From assembly GCA_964291285.2 (NCBI GenBank), contig OZ219786.1, positions 544,001 to 608,000 on the forward strand: a stretch of 64,000 nucleotides of DNA, read 5' to 3'. Shown here one piece after another: positions 41,401-51,638 of this stretch; the stretch's first letter is position 1; each line of letters opens with the position of its first letter. A model generated the notes under the pieces. That model ran no database searches. It was not told the DNA's origin and saw only the letters and a list, made by a program, of their open reading frames with translations. The stretch is from Alphaproteobacteria bacterium (GTDB lineage: Bacteria > Pseudomonadota > Alphaproteobacteria > Bin95). A program made the position numbers and the translations under genes.

Positions 41401-41982
41401 CGCAGCCTGATGAACAATTTCGCCATCGGCATCTCCATCGGCCTGCAATACGGCGTGCCGCTGGAGGAATATGTCGAGGCCTTCACCTTCACGCGCTTCG
41501 AGCCTTCGGGCCTTGTGGAGGGCAATGACGCGATCAAGATGTCCACCTCGATCCTGGACTATCTCTTCCGCGAGCTAGCGATCTCCTATCTCGGGCGCGG
41601 CGACCTCAGCCACGTCATGCCGGACGATGTCCGGCCGGACAGCCTGGGCGGCGGCGAGAACGAGGCGGCGCTGGCGGAACGCGAGATGGGCCAGCCGATC
41701 CCGACGGCGGCCAGCCGCGGCTTCGTGCGCGACAACCTCTATGTGCTCTCAGGCGGCCGCACCGAAACCGTGTCTCTCGCACAGGAGGCCGTGGAGGCGT
41801 CGTTCGTCGAAGCGCCCATGCCGGCGGCGGTGGCAGGCGGCTCACACGACGCGGCGGTCCGCCATGCGCGGATGCTCGGCTACGAGGGCGACGCCTGCGG
41901 CAGCTGCGGCAATTTCACCATGGTCCGCAACGGCACCTGCATGAAGTGCATGACCTGCGGCCATACGGACGGATGCAGCTGA
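38401..41982 (+). CDS. nrdJ: Vitamin B12-dependent (class II) ribonucleotide reductase
   Basis: [42 protein letters not shown]-terminal CxxC...CxxC; TTG start after GAGGGGAG. Confidence 0.96.
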   Translation: MRFQRHHTGGCASAYDGVAFVRRNSEIRNPDGTPVFIADDIMAPQEWSQVAVDVLAQKYFRKAGVPDRTEPVAEEGVPEWLRRRRPTEGATLGGERDARQVFHRLAGAWTYWGWKGGYFSAEEDARAYYDEMRAMLARQMAAPNSPQWFNTGLNWAYGIDGPAQGHYFVDPATGECRASESAYERPQPHACFIQSVTDDLVNEGGIMDLWQREARLFKYGSGTGTNFSRLRGEGEPLSGGGRSSGLMSFLKIGDRAAGAIKSGGTTRRAAKMVTLDIDHPDIEDYIDWKVVEEQKVAALVAGSKACEKHLGRVITACMPDGEIGEADEADRFDPKRNRALRKAVAGAREAAIPESYIQRVIQFARQGFTAIDFRIYDTDWDSEAYRTVAGQNSNNSVRLTDEFLRTVETGGDWALTRRTDGAVAKTVSARALMDKVAHAAWASADPGVQFDTTVNDWHTCPAEGRIEASNPCSEYMFLDDTACNLASINLMAFRQEDGEFDIEGFRHTVRLWTVALEISESMAQFPSRRIADRSYRYRPLGLGFANVGGLLMASGIAYDSGEGRAAAGAITALMTGTAYATSAEIASELGPFDGYAANAGSMLRVIRNHRRAAHGCTEGYEGLNTKPQPLDAKACPFDGLAGAAGAAWDDALASGERHGYRNAQATVIAPTGTIGLVMDCDTTGIEPDFALVKFKKLAGGGYFKIINSLVPAALAALGYDSARIEAIERHAVGRGTLKDSPAIGHDELAAKGFTPEMIDALEAALPGAFDIRFVFNRWTLGEEACREALGLTDEQLESGDLLDALGFSKEEIEAANLHCGGAMTVEGAPDLREEHLAVFDCANPCGRNGVRHLSTESHIRMLGAVQPFISGAISKTVNMANGATVQDCIEAYRLSWSLGLKANALYRDGSKLSQPLAATALGGDLAEEVAEEPAAARAAVLAERIVERRLIERKRLPDRRKGYTQKATVGNHKVYLRTGEYDDGKLGEIFIDMHKEGAAFRSLMNNFAIGISIGLQYGVPLEEYVEAFTFTRFEPSGLVEGNDAIKMSTSILDYLFRELAISYLGRGDLSHVMPDDVRPDSLGGGENEAALAEREMGQPIPTAASRGFVRDNLYVLSGGRTETVSLAQEAVEASFVEAPMPAAVAGGSHDAAVRHARMLGYEGDACGSCGNFTMVRNGTCMKCMTCGHTDGCS

Positions 41983-41999
41983 GCGGACGGGAGGCGCGG

Positions 42000-42290
42000 C
42001 TACCGCTTCGAGAACACCGGCTTGCTGCTTGTCGACGAAGGCCTTTGCGGCTTCGAGAGGGTCTTCGGTCAGGCCGGAGCGGGAATGTTGCTGGCTTCCA
42101 TGTCGAGCGTCTCGGAGAGCGAGGCGGTGACGGCGCCGTTCAGGGTCTGCTTCATGTAGGCGAGCGTGATGCGCGGGCCGGCGGCGAGGCTTTCCGCCAG
42201 GCTCGCCGTCTCCGCCTCCAGCGCCTCTTCCGCGCCCAAGCACGCAGCCGTCATGTAGAGCTCCTTTGCCTTTGCCGGGCCGCTTTTGCA
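42000..42290 (-). pseudogene. Enoyl-CoA hydratase/isomerase C-terminal remnant
   Basis: GPAKAKELYMT...LAAGP...AYMKQTLN...LDMEA, then in shifted frames TEDPLEAAKAFVDK and KPVFSKR*; N-terminal part missing. Confidence 0.7.
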
Positions 42291-42399
42291 GGGGTGACCG
42301 ATGAGGTGCGGAGTCCGACGTAGCTGAGCCGGCGAGTGCGCCGGTTATGGACCGGAACTCAATATACGAATCCGGAAGCCGGCCGGTGCTGCAGCAAAT

Positions 42400-43017
42400 C
42401 GTTCCTGAAATTTATGTAATAATTCTCTATTCGTGGCTTGCATTTTCAGAAATTGTGATATGATGGGTTCGAGGTAAGCGGCATCCGGAGCCGCTTCCCG
42501 CCCGCGCCGGCCCGGTGCGGAACGACCCCGATTCAGCCGACAGGCGAAGTGCGTCCTGCGCCTGCCCCGCGCACGCGCAATCAGGCGCGCGAACCGCGCC
42601 GGCGCCGACACCCGCCCGCGCCGGCACAGGCGCCCGCGCAGGATACGCGCGAATAGGGGTCGCTCCGATGCCGGGACGGTATGGCCATCGAACCGAAGCG
42701 GAATGTAAGGAGCCGTGCATGACCTTTCCCGACCCGACCGTCGCCCTCACTACCCGCCGGGAAGCCTTCTGCCGCCACTACACAGCCTCGACCGGCTCCA
42801 GAGGACCGGCTTCTTCAACCCGCCCGGAGACACGGAGTTCGCCCCCGACCATGACAAAACATGACATTCCATGACACATCGGATGGGGGCGCTTTCCGAA
42901 GCACAGCCGTCACCCCGGCCCTGAGCCGGGGGCCAGCCCTGACTCTCGCGGCAGCCTCGGCGGTTCCACCCTCTTTCCACCGGCCGCGGCATCATCGCGA
43001 GCCATGGATGGACCCCG
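42400..43017 (+). repeat. Repeated cassette, copy 1 (promoter, leader, TerS-like ORF, CATGACA repeats, REP)
   Basis: Aligns by eye along its length with the reverse complement of 55232-55968. Confidence 0.9.
42719..42874 (+). pseudogene. Internally deleted terminase-small-subunit-like ORF
   Basis: MTFPDPTVALTTRREAFCRHYTAS after AAGGAG; 114 bp shorter than the copy at 55380-55649, including a 97-bp deletion that removes most of the HTH. Confidence 0.65.
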
Positions 43018-43255
43018 ATGGTGTGGACGCCTCCTTCCGCCGGCATCGCAATGTGCCAGGGCAGCGGTGTCGAAACAGTGCTACGGGAAGGAGGCATCCA
43101 ACAAAGGAGGTTAGCCTCATCGGGACCGGCCTGTCGAAGAACAGCTTTCAGATGCACGGCGCGTATGCGAACGGTTCGGCGGCGTTCCGTCGCAAGCTGA
43201 CGCGGGGGAAGGTTCTGGCGTTTCTGTCGTCTCAGCCTCGTTGTACGATGGCGGG
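43018..43255 (+). mobile_element. IS110-family (IS1111-like) left end and truncated transposase
   Basis: Inverted repeat TGGACGCCTCCTTCC (43024) / GGAAGGAGGCATCCA (43086); from 43101 TKEVSLIGTGLSKNSFQMHG...RRKLTRGKVLAFLSSQPRCTMA, matching the IS110 N-terminus with start codon and first catalytic Asp apparently lost. Confidence 0.75.
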
Positions 43256-43274
43256 CCCTCCAACGACCGTCCGT

Positions 43275-43925
43275 TCATCCGGAACGGCTCGCGCCCCGGA
43301 ACAGCGGATGGCCGAGGGCGGCTTCCAGATCGGCCAGCGCCTGCGCCTCGGTCTCGACCTTGATGGTCGCCATGCCCATGGCGCGGGCCGGCTTGAGATT
43401 GATGCCGAGATCGTCGAGGAAGACGCAGGCCGCCGGCTCCACGCCAAGGCGCTCGCAGGCGAGGCGGTAGAAGGCCGGCTCCGGCTTGCGAACCCCCACC
43501 TCGCGCGACTCGACCACCGCGTCGAACAGCGCCATCGCGTCTGCGATCTCGCGGGCCCCGGGGCCGTCCTCGCCCGGCGCGCGCATATTGTTGGTGAGGC
43601 AGGCGGTCCGGTAGCGGGCCGCGACCGCGCGCAGCGCCGCCACCATGCGCGGCCGCACCGGGCCCTGGATGAGGTCGAGGATTTCGCCGGCGTCCAGCCT
43701 GTAGCCGAGCGCCGCCGCCTCGGCCTCGAAGCGCCGGCGGAATTCGGCCCGGTCGATGTCGCTGCGTTCGAACAGCGCCCAGGCATTGCTGTCCGGGTTG
43801 CGGCTGTTGATACGCCGGACCGCGCCTTCAGGCAGGCCGTTGGCGCGCTCGTAGCGGGCGAAGGCGTCGAAGGGGCTTTCCGTCAGCACGCCGCCGAAAT
43901 CCCAGAGCACCGCCTCGACCGTCAC
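43275..43925 (-). CDS. HAD-IA family hydrolase
   Basis: WDFGGVL, LTNN, RKPEP, FLDDLGINLKPARAMGM. Confidence 0.9.
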   Translation of the reverse strand: MTVEAVLWDFGGVLTESPFDAFARYERANGLPEGAVRRINSRNPDSNAWALFERSDIDRAEFRRRFEAEAAALGYRLDAGEILDLIQGPVRPRMVAALRAVAARYRTACLTNNMRAPGEDGPGAREIADAMALFDAVVESREVGVRKPEPAFYRLACERLGVEPAACVFLDDLGINLKPARAMGMATIKVETEAQALADLEAALGHPLFRGASRSG

Positions 43926-45031
43926 AACGCGCCTCCCTGGCAGCGGGCCGGGCTCAAAGCGGACTCTTCGAGGCCGAGGTCCCGGATTTCCTGCGGCAGA
44001 CCTTTGCCCGCCGCCAGCGCCGCCACCGTCATCCCCATCGCCGGCGCGGTCTGGATGCCGTAGCCGCCTTGACCCGCGCACCAGAAGAAGCCGGGAACAT
44101 CGGCATCGAAACCCGCCACCAGCGTCTTGTCGGCGACGAAGCTGCGCAAGCCCGCCCAGCGCCGCTCGATGCGGCGAATTTGGAAGACCGTCGCGCGCTC
44201 GATCCGGTCCACCGCCATCGCCACGTCGATCTCCTCCGGCTGCGCATCGCAGGGTGGCGAAGGCGTCTCGTCGGCGAGCGAACCCAGCACGCGGCCCGAT
44301 TCCGGCTTGAAGTAGAATTGCTCATCGACATCGACCGCCATCGGCCACGCGCCGGTTTCCGCCTCGAAGGTGAAGGCGGTGCGCCGCTTGGGCACGAGGC
44401 CGATGGGGGCCGCGCCGGCCAGCGCCGCCACCTCGTCGGCCCAGGCGCCGGCGGCGTTCACCACGATGCGCGCCTCGACCTCTTCCCCGCCCCGGAGCGC
44501 CACCCGCCAGCCGGCCGGTGTTTGCACAAGCGCTTCCACCTCCGCATTGCGCCGGAGCGGCACGCCGCTGAGGAAGCCCCGGTGCAGGGCGTGAATGTCG
44601 ATGTCCGAAGCCTCCGGCTCGAAGACGCCCCCGGCCACGTAGCCTGGCCGGAGCGCGGGTATCAGCCGGCAGACCTCGCCGCTGTCCAGCATCCGGATCT
44701 CCGGGACGAACCGCCGGCCGTCGCGGAAGGCGCCTTCCAGCGAGTCCGACTGGTCGGCGCGCCCGAACAGCACCAGGCCGCGGGGCGTCAGCAGCGGCAC
44801 GTCCGAGAACCCCTCGGGGGGCTTGTCGAAGAACGGCTCCGAGGCGACCGTCAACGCCCGGATCGCAGCATTGCCGTAGGCCTGCGTGTAGAGCGCCGCC
44901 GACCGGCCGGTGGTGTGGTAGCCCGGCTGGTCCTCGCGCTCCAGCAGCAGCACGTCGAAACGCCGGGCGAGGAAATGCGCGGCGGACGCCCCGGCCATGC
45001 CGGCGCCGATGACGACGATGTCAGGCATCAT
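43922..45031 (-). CDS. FAD-dependent D-amino-acid dehydrogenase-like oxidoreductase (DAO family)
   Basis: IGAGMAG, HTTGRSAA, VNAAGAWAD, WAGLRSF, GQGGYGIQ. Confidence 0.9.
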   Translation of the reverse strand: MMPDIVVIGAGMAGASAAHFLARRFDVLLLEREDQPGYHTTGRSAALYTQAYGNAAIRALTVASEPFFDKPPEGFSDVPLLTPRGLVLFGRADQSDSLEGAFRDGRRFVPEIRMLDSGEVCRLIPALRPGYVAGGVFEPEASDIDIHALHRGFLSGVPLRRNAEVEALVQTPAGWRVALRGGEEVEARIVVNAAGAWADEVAALAGAAPIGLVPKRRTAFTFEAETGAWPMAVDVDEQFYFKPESGRVLGSLADETPSPPCDAQPEEIDVAMAVDRIERATVFQIRRIERRWAGLRSFVADKTLVAGFDADVPGFFWCAGQGGYGIQTAPAMGMTVAALAAGKGLPQEIRDLGLEESALSPARCQGGAL

Positions 45032-45650
45032 CTTCCTTTCCGGGCGCGTCGAGGCGCATGGCAACGCGCGGCACCCAGTTTCGGGGCAGGCCCTCCAGGG
45101 GCCCGCGAACGACCCGGAAGCCGGCCCGGCGGAACAGCGGCTCGGTGCCGAAAAATGCGTTGTCGGCGCCGGTGCGCGCCTCGCCGGCGCGGGGATAGGC
45201 CTCGACCGCCGGCGCGCCGCACTCGAAGGCGTATGCCGCCGCCGCCCGAATCAGGGCCACGGCGACGCCGCGCCCGCGGGCCGTCTTCCGCACGGTGACG
45301 CAGGGTATCGCCCAGACCGGGACCGCATCGACCGCCGGCGTCGCCCTGGAGGCGCAGACCCGGGCGAACGCCGGGCGCGGCGCGACGGCCGCCCACCCGA
45401 CCGCCTCCTCCCCTTCGAAGGCGACCAGCCCCGGCGCCGGGGCGGCCCGCGCAAGTCCGGTCATGGCGGCGCGGCGGCGCGGGCCCAGGGGCCCCGTGCC
45501 CGGCAAAGCCTCGAATTCCTTTGCCGACAGCCTCGGATACATGCACCAGCAGGTCCTGCCCCAGCTCCCCCGGAGGACGCTTCCGAGCGCATTCATCAGC
45601 GCCGGCTCCAGCGGACGGAAAGTCAGCGGCGGGCGGTCATCCTGCGGCAT
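45021..45650 (-). CDS. GNAT-family acetyltransferase
   Basis: CWCMYPR, VGWAAVAPR, RGRGVAVAL, VEAYP, FRRAGF. Confidence 0.85.
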   Translation of the reverse strand: MPQDDRPPLTFRPLEPALMNALGSVLRGSWGRTCWCMYPRLSAKEFEALPGTGPLGPRRRAAMTGLARAAPAPGLVAFEGEEAVGWAAVAPRPAFARVCASRATPAVDAVPVWAIPCVTVRKTARGRGVAVALIRAAAAYAFECGAPAVEAYPRAGEARTGADNAFFGTEPLFRRAGFRVVRGPLEGLPRNWVPRVAMRLDAPGKEDDA

Positions 45651-45653
45651 TGA

Positions 45654-46799
<1,146 letters not shown>

Positions 46800-46812
46800 G
46801 GGAGCCACCTTT

Positions 46813-47679
46813 TTGCAGGAACAACGCGCAGGGCCGGAGGTCAAGGCCGAAACGCCGGTCCAGGCGACCCTGCGCCGGGCCGTGTTCGCCCTTCTCGTTA
46901 CCGTGTCCCTGGTCGCGCTGGTCGTCGGCAAGGCGGAAGTCTATGTCTTCGACTGGGTCAAGAGCGGTGTGGGAGATCTACTGGCGCCCGTTCTGCAGAC
47001 CGTGACCCTGCCAGTGCGGGCCGCTCGCGATATCGGCAGCAATCTCGGCCGGGTGGCGGCATTGACCGAAGAAAATGCCCGGCTCCGGGACGAGAATGCG
47101 CGCCTGCGCCAATGGCAGGCGCTCGCGCTGCGGTTGGATGGACAGAACCGCGAATTGCGCCGCCTGCTGCGTTTCGATCCGGGCGAGGAGGTTCACACGG
47201 TTGCTGCGCGGGTGATCGCCGACACAGGCGGCCTCTACGCCCGCAGCATGCTGATGGACGCCGGCAGCCGCCAGGGCGTTCGCGCGGACCAGGCGGTGAT
47301 CTCCGGCGAGGGACTGGTCGGACGGGTGGTGTCGGCAGGCGCGCGCAGTGCGCGGGTGCTGCTGATTACCGACCGGCGCTCGCATATTCCGGTGCTGGCG
47401 GGTCCGGACCGTGTTCATGCCATCCTTGTCGGCAATAACGGCGCCCGGCTCAATTTGCGTTTCCTGCCGCGGAATGCAGCTCTGGCAGCCGGAGATGTGA
47501 TCGTCACGTCCGGTCGCGGCGGGGTATTTCCTCCCGGCCTTCCCGTTGGCGATGTCAGCGCCGCCGCGCGCTCCGGCGGCGGCGTGGAAGTTGTGCCGCA
47601 TGTGGACTGGACGCGGCTGGAGTTCGTTCGGGTCATCGACCGGAGCGCGCCGGACGTCGCCGCGCTTGCCGAGGAATAG
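46813..47679 (+). CDS. mreC: Rod-shape protein MreC
   Basis: TM, coiled coil EENARLR, GLVGRV, TSGRGGVFPPGLPVG; TTG start inferred. Confidence 0.9.
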   Translation: MQEQRAGPEVKAETPVQATLRRAVFALLVTVSLVALVVGKAEVYVFDWVKSGVGDLLAPVLQTVTLPVRAARDIGSNLGRVAALTEENARLRDENARLRQWQALALRLDGQNRELRRLLRFDPGEEVHTVAARVIADTGGLYARSMLMDAGSRQGVRADQAVISGEGLVGRVVSAGARSARVLLITDRRSHIPVLAGPDRVHAILVGNNGARLNLRFLPRNAALAAGDVIVTSGRGGVFPPGLPVGDVSAAARSGGGVEVVPHVDWTRLEFVRVIDRSAPDVAALAEE

Positions 47680-48177
47680 ATGCTGACGCATCTTGACCGG
47701 GCAGCGCGCGCCGCGGTTCCCGCAGCAAGCATTGTCGTGCTGCTGCTCATCTCGCTTGTGCCCTGGATCGGCGACCGCGCCGCGCCGGCCCTCGCCCTTG
47801 CGGCAGTGCACTACTGGGCCGGAAGGCGCCCGGACCTTGTGCCGGCGCCCTTCGTCTTTGCTGTCGGCCTTACGCATGACAGCGTCGCAGACGCGCCGTT
47901 CGGACTCATGGCGCTCGTCTATCTGTTCGTGCTTGGGGCTGCGCGCAGCCAGCGCTTTCTGGTCGTCGGCCAACCCTTCGTCGCCGGTTGGGCAGTATTC
48001 ACCGTCGTGGCGTGCGCGGCCAGTGCGATCGCGTGGATCGGCGCTTCCCTCTATTACGGCGCGGCGCTCTCGGTCGGCGCGCCCGCGGCCGTGCTCCTGC
48101 TCACCGTGCTCACCTTCCCTGCTGTCGCGGGGGCGCTGGCCGTTCTGGATTTCGCGGCGTTGAAGCGAAGCGCCTGA
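47680..48177 (+). CDS. mreD: Rod-shape membrane protein MreD
   Basis: Multi-TM with HYW...RP and GL..D; between mreC and mrdA. Confidence 0.8.
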   Translation: MLTHLDRAARAAVPAASIVVLLLISLVPWIGDRAAPALALAAVHYWAGRRPDLVPAPFVFAVGLTHDSVADAPFGLMALVYLFVLGAARSQRFLVVGQPFVAGWAVFTVVACAASAIAWIGASLYYGAALSVGAPAAVLLLTVLTFPAVAGALAVLDFAALKRSA

Positions 48178-49988
48178 TGACGGGCGTTCGCAGCAGGACC
48201 CAATTGATCCGCCGCCGCGCCCTGCTCGTCGGCGGCGTCCAGGTCGGCCTGATCGGGTTGCTGGCAGGCCGCCTGGTGCAACTGCAGGTGCTGGAAGGCG
48301 ACCGCTATTCGCGTCGCGCCGAGGACAATCGCACCGCCGAACGCCCGCTGGCTCCGGAGCGCGGCGAGATTCTGGACCGACGGGGCCGGCCGCTGGCCCG
48401 CAACCGGGAGACCTACCGCTTGCTGCTGGTCCCGGAAAAGGCGGGCCCGATCGATGTCGCGCTCGATGAAATCGGGCGCCTCGCGGCACTCGGCCCGACG
48501 GCGCGCGAGCGGGTTCGAAGAACAGTGCAAAAGCAGCCGGGCTTCGAGCCGGTCGTCGTCCTCGACGACATGTCATGGGAGGAAATGGCCCGTCTTTCGC
48601 TGGCAATTGCAGAACGCGAGGGCATTTTCACGAATGCCGCGCAGCGCCGGATCTATCCGCTCGGACCGGCGGCTGCCCACGCCATCGGCTATGTCGGCCG
48701 CGTGTCGCAGAAGGACCTGGAGCGGTCCGACGACGCCTCGCTGCTGCGTATGCCCGATTTCCGTATCGGGAAAACGGGCATCGAGCGCACCCAGGATGAA
48801 ACATTGCGGGGCGCGGCCGGTACACGCCTGATGGAGATTACCTCCACCGGCCGCCAGCGGCGGGAGTTGGGGCGGCAGGAAGGCCTGTCCGGCGAAACGC
48901 TTCGCCTCACGCTCGACGCCAAGCTCCAGCGATTTGCAGCCGGACTGTTCGGGGAGGAGACCGGCGCGGCCGTGTTGATGGATGTGCGGAGCGGCGGCCT
49001 GCTGGCCACCGTGTCGGCGCCCAGTTTCGACCCCGGCGCATTCCACGACGGAATCGCAGACCGGCAGGAGTGGCTGTCTCTCGCCGGCGACCCCCTGCAT
49101 CCGCTCAGCAATCGCGCCGTTTCCGGCCAGTATGCACCGGGATCGACCTTCAAGATTGTCGTCGCGCTGGCGGCGCTCGAAGCGGGGGTGGTGTCGGCGG
49201 AACAGTCCTTCTTCTGCAACGGCGTCCACGAGCTTGGCACCGGGCGGTTCCACTGCTGGCGCCGTGGCGGGCACGGGCATGTCGATCTGTTCAAAGCGCT
49301 CCAGCAGTCCTGCGACATCTACTTTTACGAGATCGCGCAGCGGACGGGCATCGACCGGATCGCGGCAATGGCGAGAAAGCTCGGTTTCGGGGCGGCGACC
49401 GGGATTGAACTTCCCGGAGAGCATAGCGGGCTCATTCCCACCAAGGCGTGGAAGCACGAGGCGCGCAACGAATCCTGGCAGGTCGGAGAGACGCTGCTCG
49501 CCGGAATCGGCCAAGGCTATGTGCTCGCCACGCCGATGCAGTTGGCGACCATGACCGCCCGGCTCGCCAATGGGGCCTATGCAGTCCTCCCCAGGCTGAT
49601 CGGCGGCGAGAACGCCCCCGAGCTCAAGATCGACAGGCGATTTCTGAGGGTTGTGCGCAAGGGTCTGGCCGCCGTCACCGGCTCGCGGCGGGGCACCGCC
49701 TGGAATGCCCGGATCGAGGAAGACGGGTTCGAGATGGCGGGCAAGACCGGCACCTCACAGGTCAGGCGCATCTCCAGGCTCGAGCGCCGGCTCGGCGTTC
49801 GCAAGAACGAGGACCTGCCGCGGGAACAGCGCGACCATGCGCTCTTCGTCGGCTACGCACCTGCCGACAAGCCGCGCTACGCTGCCGCCGTCGTCGTCGA
49901 GCATGGCGGCAGCGGGTCCAAGGCGGCCGCGCCCATTGCGCGCGACCTGCTGCTGGCCGCCCAGAAGGCGGAGACCGTCGCATCATGA
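48177..49988 (+). CDS. mrdA: Elongation transpeptidase PBP2
   Basis: RGEILDR, PGSTFK, SCD, KTGTSQ, DHALF. Confidence 0.95.
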   Translation: MTGVRSRTQLIRRRALLVGGVQVGLIGLLAGRLVQLQVLEGDRYSRRAEDNRTAERPLAPERGEILDRRGRPLARNRETYRLLLVPEKAGPIDVALDEIGRLAALGPTARERVRRTVQKQPGFEPVVVLDDMSWEEMARLSLAIAEREGIFTNAAQRRIYPLGPAAAHAIGYVGRVSQKDLERSDDASLLRMPDFRIGKTGIERTQDETLRGAAGTRLMEITSTGRQRRELGRQEGLSGETLRLTLDAKLQRFAAGLFGEETGAAVLMDVRSGGLLATVSAPSFDPGAFHDGIADRQEWLSLAGDPLHPLSNRAVSGQYAPGSTFKIVVALAALEAGVVSAEQSFFCNGVHELGTGRFHCWRRGGHGHVDLFKALQQSCDIYFYEIAQRTGIDRIAAMARKLGFGAATGIELPGEHSGLIPTKAWKHEARNESWQVGETLLAGIGQGYVLATPMQLATMTARLANGAYAVLPRLIGGENAPELKIDRRFLRVVRKGLAAVTGSRRGTAWNARIEEDGFEMAGKTGTSQVRRISRLERRLGVRKNEDLPREQRDHALFVGYAPADKPRYAAAVVVEHGGSGSKAAAPIARDLLLAAQKAETVAS

Positions 49989-51160
49989 AGGCTTGGGAGG
50001 TGCGCCAGCCGGGCCTTGGAGTCGGCGGACTGCTGCTCCGGATAGACTGGGTGCTGGTCATTCTTCTGGCGCTCACGACCGCAGTCGGGTTCGCCATGCT
50101 CTATTCGGCCGCCGGGGGGAATATCCGGCCCTGGGCCGGCCCGCATGCCCTGCGTTTCGGCGCCGGCATGGTGGTCATGATGGCCATTGCGCTGATCGAC
50201 ATCCGCTTCTGGCTGCGTTGCGCCTATCCGATCTATGCCGCCTCCCTCCTGCTCGTCATCGGGGTGGAATTTCTGGGGGAGGTCGGCATGGGGGCCCAGC
50301 GCTGGCTGAAGCTCGGCCCGCTGTCGGTCCAGCCGTCCGAATTCATGAAGATCGCGTTGGTGCTGGCGCTCGCCCGCCACTTCCATGCCCTCGACGACAG
50401 GGAGGCGAACAACTGGCCCTGGCTGCTGCTGGCGTTGGCGCTGATTGCGGTCCCGGCCCTGTTGGTCGCGCGGCAACCGGATCTCGGGACGGCGGCCATG
50501 ATCGGGGCCGGCGGCATGGCCCTGCTTTTTCTGGGCGGCATCTCCTGGCGGCTGTTCGCGCTTTTCGGCATCGCGGCAGGGGCGCTGGTGCCGGCGGTCT
50601 GGTACGGGCTGAAAGACTATCAGCGCGACAGGGTGCTCACCTTCCTCGATCCCGGGCGCGACCTTACCGGCGCCGGCTACCACGGCTACCAGTCGAAAAT
50701 CGGCATCGGTTCGGGCGGCGAGTTCGGAAAGGGCTATCTGGAGGGCACGCAAAGCCATCTGGGCTTCCTGCCGGAAAGCCACACGGACTTCATTTTCGCC
50801 GTCATTTCCGAGGAATTCGGCCTTGCCGGCGGCCTCTTCGTCCTCGCGCTCTATCTGTCCGTCATGGGCTACGGTTTCGCCATCGGCTTCATGGCGCGGA
50901 ACGATTTCGCCCGGCTGCTCGCTTTCGGCGTCACCTTCACCTTCTTCCTGTTCGTGTTCGCCAATGTCGCCATGGTCGCCGGCCTGATCCCGGTGGTCGG
51001 CGTGCCGCTGCCGTTCATCTCCTACGGCGGCACGGCGATGCTGACGCTCCAGATCGGCTTCGGCCTCGTGCTCTCGGCCAAGGTTTACCGGGATGTCGAA
51101 ATGGCGGAGGAAGCCTCCGGCCGGCCGGCGGGGCCGGGGTCGATCGCCGCGATGCGCTGA
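49985..51160 (+). CDS. rodA: SEDS glycosyltransferase RodA
   Basis: GAQRWL, QPSEFMK, QPDLGT, PESHTDFIF, GVPLPFISYGG. Confidence 0.95.
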   Translation: MKAWEVRQPGLGVGGLLLRIDWVLVILLALTTAVGFAMLYSAAGGNIRPWAGPHALRFGAGMVVMMAIALIDIRFWLRCAYPIYAASLLLVIGVEFLGEVGMGAQRWLKLGPLSVQPSEFMKIALVLALARHFHALDDREANNWPWLLLALALIAVPALLVARQPDLGTAAMIGAGGMALLFLGGISWRLFALFGIAAGALVPAVWYGLKDYQRDRVLTFLDPGRDLTGAGYHGYQSKIGIGSGGEFGKGYLEGTQSHLGFLPESHTDFIFAVISEEFGLAGGLFVLALYLSVMGYGFAIGFMARNDFARLLAFGVTFTFFLFVFANVAMVAGLIPVVGVPLPFISYGGTAMLTLQIGFGLVLSAKVYRDVEMAEEASGRPAGPGSIAAMR

Positions 51161-51621
51161 ACCATCTTCGGGCCTTCCACCCGGCCGTGCTCATAGGCCA
51201 GCACGACAAGGCGGCCGCCGACCGCCTGGAGCAGTTCGCCCGGCTGCAGAAGGAAGTCCGGATTGCGGGGACGCCCGAAGGCCTCCTGACCTCGGGCGAA
51301 TGTCTCGTAAAGCAGCAGGCCGCCCGGCGCGACGAGTGAAATCGCGGCGGCGAGCGTCGGGCGGTGCAGGTAGTTGACCACCACCACCGCCCCGAACCGC
51401 CGATCGGCGAAAGGCCAGGGGCTGCCGTCCTCGAGGTCCCACGCAAAGCCGCCCGGCAGCCGGGAGATATCCCTGTCCACCGCAAGCACCGGGTGGCCGC
51501 GGGCGGCGAAGAACCGCGTATGGCGGCCTTCGCCGGCGGCCAGGTCGAGCACGGGCGCGGCAGGCGGCACGAGATGGGCGAAACGCGCGATCCAGGCCGA
51601 GGCTGGCATCGGTCCCTTCAT
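51085..51621 (-). CDS. Class I SAM-dependent methyltransferase
   Basis: VLDLAAGEGRH, VVNYLHRP, YETF, P.NPDFLL; overlaps the rodA 3' end by 76 bp. Confidence 0.85.
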   Translation of the reverse strand: MKGPMPASAWIARFAHLVPPAAPVLDLAAGEGRHTRFFAARGHPVLAVDRDISRLPGGFAWDLEDGSPWPFADRRFGAVVVVNYLHRPTLAAAISLVAPGGLLLYETFARGQEAFGRPRNPDFLLQPGELLQAVGGRLVVLAYEHGRVEGPKMVQRIAAIDPGPAGRPEASSAISTSR

Positions 51622-51638
51622 GGCACTATATGTAGCGC

